Assembly (NCBI GenBank): GCA_023336855.1
Contig: JAMBLK010000224.1
Span: forward strand, 1-31,885
Direction: 5' to 3'
Source: Actinomycetes bacterium
GTDB taxonomy: Bacteria; Actinomycetota; Acidimicrobiia; Spongiisociales; UBA5794
DNA: 31,885 bases
In this document: piece after piece, positions 26,822 through 31,885 of the stretch
Layout of the letters: each line of letters opens with the position of its first letter
How positions within the stretch are numbered: position 1 is the stretch's first letter
Program-made: the position numbers and the translations under genes
Notes under the pieces: generated by a model
Database searches by the model: none
What the model was told of the DNA's origin: nothing
What the model saw: the letters and a program-made list of their open reading frames with translations, nothing else

Positions 26822-27642
26822 GTGGCCACGGTGGTTTCCACACCCAGATTCTGGATCTGGCCGAGCGTCTCCGACGGGGCCGAGTCGGTCGTAATCAGCC
26901 GATCGACATCTTCGATACGGGCGATCCTCGCAACACTGGCTTTGCCGACCTTGGATCCGTCGGCGACGACCACGACCTGATGGGCTGCCTCGATCATCCG
27001 GATCTTGATCTGAGCTTCGGGCAGATTGATGTTGGTAACTCCGTCGGTGGGGTGAATCCCGTTGCAGCCGATGAACGCCGTCGTGACGTTGATCTGATCC
27101 AGAATCCCGCTGCCCATGGGATTAACGAGGGAGTGCTGGCGAGGGCGGAGCTTGCCTCCGGTCAGAATCACGGTGAACCGGGGAATCGCAGATTCCAATT
27201 CCATCGCGATCGTGAGGCCGTTCGTGAAAACGACGACGTCGTCGAGATCCGCGCGCTCCGTCAAGGCGTGAGCAACGGCGGTAGCGGTCGTACCGACATC
27301 GATGATGAGCGAGTCCCCGGATGAGACGAGTGATGCTGCCGCCCTGCCGATGGCCGCTTTCTCCACGGCCAGCTTGTCGGTGGACTCCTCGAACGTTGGC
27401 TCGGTCTCTTCGAGCGACGGCTCGTTCCCAGAGACCCGGCTCCGCGTCATTGCTCCACCGTGGACTCGTTCGACCAGCGACATACGAGCGAGTTGGTCCA
27501 GGTCCGATCGCACCGTGACTTCGGAGACCTCGAACATGTCGCTGAGGTCGGCCACGCGCATGAAACTGTGCTCTTCGATCAGCGCGAGCATGCGGTCTCG
27601 ACGGACCTCGCCAGGCATGACTTTCGATCGCATCCGATCCAT
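26818..27642 (-). CDS. DeoR/GlpR/AgaR-family regulator
   Basis: V.DLSDMFEVSEVTVRSDL HTH, RVHGGA, EKAAIG..AA.LV, IDVGTT, VFTNGL, ADGSKVG. Start is 27642 or 27618. Confidence 0.93.
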   Translation of the reverse strand: MDRMRSKVMPGEVRRDRMLALIEEHSFMRVADLSDMFEVSEVTVRSDLDQLARMSLVERVHGGAMTRSRVSGNEPSLEETEPTFEESTDKLAVEKAAIGRAAASLVSSGDSLIIDVGTTATAVAHALTERADLDDVVVFTNGLTIAMELESAIPRFTVILTGGKLRPRQHSLVNPMGSGILDQINVTTAFIGCNGIHPTDGVTNINLPEAQIKIRMIEAAHQVVVVADGSKVGKASVARIARIEDVDRLITTDSAPSETLGQIQNLGVETTVAT

Positions 27643-27675
27643 GAAGCAGCTTTCCCTATCTTGCGGTTCTTTACG

Positions 27676-27704
27676 ATTCTAGGTCGTATCTTCCGGGTTG
27701 ACAA
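27676..27704 (-). promoter_or_regulatory. Sigma70/HrdB-type promoter of the deoR-galTKE operon
   Basis: Minus strand TTGTCA-17 nt-TAGAAT; its -35 overlaps a plus-strand TTGACA (27698-27703). Confidence 0.7.
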
Positions 27705-27779
27705 ACTAACACAAGAAGTCGTGACCTGGGTTCGTTGGGCGAGCGTCGCCCGGTAGATCGCTAGGAGGAGCAAAGTCTC

Positions 27780-29093
27780 ATGAAGAGAAAGACATTGACG
27801 TTCCTCGGTCTCCTGCTCGTGCTGGCCATGGTGGCTGCGGCATGTAGTTCGGATTCCGAAGACACGACGACGACCGCCGCAGGCGGAACAGAGGAGACCA
27901 CGACCACGGCAGCTGTCGCTATGGACAGCCAGGTTGAGGTGTTCTCTTGGTGGACCGGTGGTGGTGAAGCAGCCGGCCTCGACGCGATGATCGTCGTGTT
28001 CAACGCTGCCTATCCCAACATCGAGTTCGTGAACTCGGCCGTCGCCGGCGGTGCCGGCACCAACGCACGGGCCGTTCTGGCATCCCGGTTGCAGGCCAAC
28101 GACCCGCCGGACAGCTGGCAGGGCCACGCGGGACAGGAACTCATCGGCACGTACGTCGCCGCTGATCAACTCGAAGCACTCAACTTCCTCTATGACGAAA
28201 TGGGCTGGCTCGACGTGATGCCCGAGACACTGATCCCGCTCATCTCGAAGGACGGCAACATCTACTCGGTCCCGGTGAACATTCACCGTTCGAACGTGCT
28301 CTGGGCCAACCCCACGGTTCTGGCCGACGCAGGCATCGAGATGCCGGCGACGCTCGACGACTTCTTCACAGCGCTTGAGGCGCTGAAGACCGGTGGTATG
28401 GAAGCACCGCTCGCCATGGGTGAGCAGTGGACAACGATGCACCTGTTCGAGACGATCATGCTCGCTTCGATGGGACCGGATGCCTGGACCGGCCTCTGGG
28501 ACGGCAGCGTCGCATGGGACTCTGCAGAGGTCACGCAGGGACTCGACGACTTCGCCAAGATCCTGACCTACACGAACGAGGATGCGGCGGCGCTTGCGTG
28601 GCAGGATGCCGGGCAGTTGGTGCTCGACGGTTCGTCCGCTTTCAATATCATGGGCGACTGGCAGGAGGGCTTCTTCCGTGAGGTCGGTTCCGAACCGCAG
28701 ACGGGCTACATCTGGGCAGCCACTCCAGGTACCGACGGCAACTTCCAGTTCCTCTCGGACAGCTTCGTGCTGGCCAAGAGCGCACCGGATCGCGACGCCG
28801 CTATCGCATGGCTGACCGTTGCCGGTTCCCTCGAGGGGCAGGACGCGTTCAACCCGGTCAAGGGTTCGATCCCTGCCCGTAGCGACGGCGATCGCTCGCT
28901 CTACGGCGAGTACCTGTTGTCAGCGATGGACGACTGGGCAACCGACACGGTTGTCGGCAGCCTCACCCACGGCGTTGTTGCAAACGACTCGTGGAAGTCG
29001 GAGATCGACACGGCCATCGGCCTCTTCCTCATCGACGGTGATGTTGCCGGGTTCCAGGCGGCTCTGGTTGCCGCGCAAGAAGCATCCGGCTGA
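27780..29093 (+). CDS. Sugar ABC transporter substrate-binding lipoprotein (glucose/galactose-binding, GtsA-like)
   Basis: SD AGGAGG; lipobox AAAC; VEVFSWWTGGGEAAGL, VAGGAG, PVNIHRSNVLWAN, IMGDW, FNPVKGSIPAR, SLTHG. Confidence 0.9.
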   Translation: MKRKTLTFLGLLLVLAMVAAACSSDSEDTTTTAAGGTEETTTTAAVAMDSQVEVFSWWTGGGEAAGLDAMIVVFNAAYPNIEFVNSAVAGGAGTNARAVLASRLQANDPPDSWQGHAGQELIGTYVAADQLEALNFLYDEMGWLDVMPETLIPLISKDGNIYSVPVNIHRSNVLWANPTVLADAGIEMPATLDDFFTALEALKTGGMEAPLAMGEQWTTMHLFETIMLASMGPDAWTGLWDGSVAWDSAEVTQGLDDFAKILTYTNEDAAALAWQDAGQLVLDGSSAFNIMGDWQEGFFREVGSEPQTGYIWAATPGTDGNFQFLSDSFVLAKSAPDRDAAIAWLTVAGSLEGQDAFNPVKGSIPARSDGDRSLYGEYLLSAMDDWATDTVVGSLTHGVVANDSWKSEIDTAIGLFLIDGDVAGFQAALVAAQEASG

Positions 29094-29119
29094 TCAAACC
29101 AACCATCGATTGAGCTAGC

Positions 29120-29162
29120 GTGAACGGCCCGTTCCCCCCGATTGGAGGAACGGGCCGCTCAC
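29120..29162 (+). terminator. Intercistronic stem-loop after the SBP gene
   Basis: GTGAACGGCCCGTTCC / GGAACGGGCCGCTCAC, 16-bp stem with one mismatch. Confidence 0.65.
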
Positions 29163-29187
29163 ATTCCGTAGGGAGTGCGACAAGGCC

Positions 29188-30132
29188 GTGACCACAATGC
29201 AGACCGAGAGGGAGACACCGGCCGACATTCCTGTGCCGAAGCGCAAGCGCTTTCGCATGGAGAACTGGTGGGGTGTCCTGTGGGTGCTCCCATCCTTGCT
29301 GGCCGTGATGGTGTTCGTCTACGGCTTCATCATCTGGACCGCCCGCGTGTCGGTGAGCGCGTGGAAGGGTCTGACCCCCGACTACACATATGTTGGCGCC
29401 GAGAACTTTGTGAACCTGGCGTCCGACCGCCGGTTCCATATCGACATCACGAATACGGCGATCTTCACAGTCGTGTTCGTCCTCGGCTGCCTGTTGATAG
29501 GCCTCGGTCTTGCGCTCCTCCTCGACAAGGGAATCCGGATGGAGGGTTTCTATCGCAGCCTCTTCCTCTTCCCGATGGCGATCTCCTTCATCGTCACAGG
29601 TGTTGTGTGGCGCTGGCTGATGAATCCCGCACAGGGTGACCGCCTCAGCGGCTTGAACCTCCTTTTCGACAATCTTGGCCTGGATTTCCTGATCAACCGT
29701 TGGTACGCGACACCGACATGGGGTATCGCCGCAGTGGCGATTGGCGCGGTGTGGCAGATGTCCGGCTACACGATGGCTCTCTATCTGGCCGGCCTGCGGG
29801 CCGTGCCCGAGGCCCTTCGCGAAGCCGCTCGGGTCGACGGTGCCAGCGAGTTCCAGGTCTATCGCAGTGTGATCATGCCCCTCCTCTGGCCGGTGACGTT
29901 GTCCGCCGTCATCATCCTCGGTCACAGCTCACTCAAGGTCTTCGATCTCATCATCGCGATGGTCGGCAAACAGGTCGCCCTCGATGTGCCCGCGATCTAC
30001 ATGTGGACGACCACGTTTGACGGGTTCTTCTTCGGTCGGGGCGCCGCCATCGGCATGGTGTTGTTGGTATCCGTCGCGGTGCTCGTGATTCCGTATCTCT
30101 GGTACTCCTTGCGTCAGGATTCGGACGGATGA
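29188..30132 (+). CDS. Carbohydrate ABC permease
   Basis: EAA loop YLAGLRAVPEALREAARVDGA, LFPMAISFIVTG..WRWL, SLKVFDLI. Confidence 0.92.
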   Translation: MTTMQTERETPADIPVPKRKRFRMENWWGVLWVLPSLLAVMVFVYGFIIWTARVSVSAWKGLTPDYTYVGAENFVNLASDRRFHIDITNTAIFTVVFVLGCLLIGLGLALLLDKGIRMEGFYRSLFLFPMAISFIVTGVVWRWLMNPAQGDRLSGLNLLFDNLGLDFLINRWYATPTWGIAAVAIGAVWQMSGYTMALYLAGLRAVPEALREAARVDGASEFQVYRSVIMPLLWPVTLSAVIILGHSSLKVFDLIIAMVGKQVALDVPAIYMWTTTFDGFFFGRGAAIGMVLLVSVAVLVIPYLWYSLRQDSDG

Positions 30133-30962
30133 CCGCGCAGACGGCCGGCGTGCACCGGAGCAGGAAATGGGTGTACATCCCGCTGACGATGATGGCGCTC
30201 TTCTACCTCCTCCCGATGTTCGTGATGCTCAACACGGGGTTCAAGAGCTTCGAGGAAGTCAGCCTCGCAACGATGTGGGAACTCCCGTCGGCACTGTCTC
30301 TTGACAACTTCACCGCGGCCTGGGAGATCCTCAGCCCCAACGTGTGGAACTCTCTGAAGATCGTCATACCGGCCGCCACGATCTCGTCGATCCTTGGATC
30401 GATCAACGGATACGTGTTGTCGAAATGGAAGTTCCCCGGCGCCAACATCGTCTTCCCTGTCCTGCTCTTCGGGATGTTCATTCCGTACCAGTCGATCCTC
30501 ATCCCCCTCGTGGATGTCATGTCCAGGATCGGGCTCGCCGGGAGCATCTGGGGCCTGGTGCTCGTGCATGTCATCTACGGCATACCGATCACGACGTTGA
30601 TCTTCCGTAACTACTACGCCGCGGTGCCGGACTCGTTGATCGAAGCCGCGACCGTCGATGGTGCCGGGATCTGGCAGGTCTACTGGCGGGTTCTCCTGCC
30701 GCTTTCGATTCCCGCGTTCGTGGTCGTCTACATCTGGCAGTTCACCTCGGCTTGGAACGACTTCCTGTTTGCGGTCTTGCTCACCAGCACGCAGAACTGG
30801 CCGGTGACGGTGGCCCTCAACAACATGGCGGGGAGTCAGATCATCGCCTGGAACGTCCAGATGGCCGGATCGTTCCTCGCCGCGGTGCCGACCCTGCTGA
30901 TCTACATCTTCCTCGGCCGCTACTTCCTGAGGGGCATGATGACCGGAGCCCTCAAGGAGTAG
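30129..30962 (+). CDS. Carbohydrate ABC permease
   Basis: FRNYYAAVPDSLIEAATVDGAG, FTSAWNDFLF, YFLRGMMTGALK; ATGA overlap. Confidence 0.92.
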   Translation: MTAQTAGVHRSRKWVYIPLTMMALFYLLPMFVMLNTGFKSFEEVSLATMWELPSALSLDNFTAAWEILSPNVWNSLKIVIPAATISSILGSINGYVLSKWKFPGANIVFPVLLFGMFIPYQSILIPLVDVMSRIGLAGSIWGLVLVHVIYGIPITTLIFRNYYAAVPDSLIEAATVDGAGIWQVYWRVLLPLSIPAFVVVYIWQFTSAWNDFLFAVLLTSTQNWPVTVALNNMAGSQIIAWNVQMAGSFLAAVPTLLIYIFLGRYFLRGMMTGALKE

Positions 30963-30976
30963 TCGTTTCCGACCCC

Positions 30977-31885
30977 TCAGCGGTCGGGAGGGTGCTTGCC
31001 GTTGTGGACGGCGGTGTGGTGCTTGCGGCAGAGGAGCATCAGATTGATCAGGGCAGTGACGCCGCCATCGGCCCAGTGGATGATGTGGTGGGCGTCGCAC
31101 CAGGACGCCGGAGCGGTGCAACCGGCCCAGGTGCAGCCCCCGTCTCTCGATTCGAGTGCTCGGCGCATGGCGGGAGTCACAGTTCGGACTCTTCGTCCGA
31201 CGTCGAGGGGCTGACTCTCGCCGTTGGTGACGATTCGGACGATGCCTGCGTCGCATGCGAGCCGTCGGATCGTCTCCGGGTCGACAGCATTGCCGTCGAT
31301 CTCTCCAAGACGGCGCTCGTCGCGTGTCAGAATCTCATATGGCACGGCGACGGTGATGTGGGGCCGCTCGCCGCCGCTGATGGAGGTGTCGTTGTTGTGA
31401 TCGAGCCAGAACCGGCAGATGTCGGTGAGGGCGTCGGCATTCCGCTGCGGCATGGAACGGTTGTCGTCCCGGTCGAGGTTGGCCGGATCGGTGTGGCTGT
31501 GAAGCGCTGTCGAGATGACGTGCCCGGACTCGGGGTCGATGTCACCTGACGTGCTCCACATGCCCTCGTAGGACTGGTTGAAGTAGAAGCGGCGTCGCTC
31601 CCGTGCTGATCTGGTGCCCTCGAGAGCTGTGGTGTAGTCGACCTGCTGTTCCCAGTAGGACACTGCTTGTCGGAGCTCCCGTGGGTCGAGGTATGTAGCG
31701 ATGTCGGCGAACACGTTCTCATGAACGGAGAACTCCTCGGGGTGCCTGTCCCGGGCCTGGGCGAGGAGTTTGACGGCGTTCGGCGTGATGCTTCCCTTGA
31801 CGGCTTTCTCAGCAACCTCGGGCATCTCGGCCAGGGCTCTCGCGGTCTTGACGACACCCGAGGCCTCGGTCGCCGCCATGCGGCA
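30977..31885 (-). CDS. DUF222 (13E12-repeat) + HNH endonuclease protein, 5'-partial
   Basis: RNADAL, RPHITV, IRRLACDA, LDVGRR.R, RRAL..RDGGC...GC......CDAHHIIHWADGG.T...NL.LLCRKHH. The frame stays open to the window edge. Confidence 0.92.
   Translation of the reverse strand, partial: CRMAATEASGVVKTARALAEMPEVAEKAVKGSITPNAVKLLAQARDRHPEEFSVHENVFADIATYLDPRELRQAVSYWEQQVDYTTALEGTRSARERRRFYFNQSYEGMWSTSGDIDPESGHVISTALHSHTDPANLDRDDNRSMPQRNADALTDICRFWLDHNNDTSISGGERPHITVAVPYEILTRDERRLGEIDGNAVDPETIRRLACDAGIVRIVTNGESQPLDVGRRVRTVTPAMRRALESRDGGCTWAGCTAPASWCDAHHIIHWADGGVTALINLMLLCRKHHTAVHNGKHPPDR

Noticed and set aside
27390-27431. Short internal duplication in the DeoR protein (EPSLEET/EPTFEES)
   Set aside because: Degenerate 7-residue duplication in the interdomain linker; likely neutral.

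Overview
High-GC bacterial chromosomal segment, densely coding and mostly metabolic. It is probably actinobacterial and possibly Acidimicrobiia-like; this is an inference from the F420-type LLM enzyme, DUF222-HNH gene, MalR-type CTTGCA boxes and Thr-rich lipoprotein linkers. Left to right: a CsoR/CstR-family regulator with two rhodaneses; an alpha/beta hydrolase, LLM oxidoreductase and small hypothetical gene; a TetR regulator divergent from an acyl-CoA dehydrogenase with twin operators; a SHOCT membrane protein; a nitroreductase-murI-macrodomain-proC-proline dehydrogenase run; a TPM-like membrane protein plus pspA; fhs; a frameshifted four-helix-bundle gene enclosed by inverted arrays of a 7-bp repeat; a FadF/EtfD-like Fe-S membrane oxidoreductase; DUF456. 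A roughly 14-kb carbohydrate block follows (malEFG/LacI, GT5 glgA, DeoR-galT-galK-galE, a second sugar ABC permease set), then a 5'-truncated DUF222/HNH gene. No rRNA, tRNA, CRISPR array or transposase was recognised. The most unusual structure is the four-helix-bundle cassette bracketed by inverted heptamer arrays (13776-14264). A second, cargo-free head-to-head heptamer array of different sequence lies at the end of the LacI gene (22245-22279).
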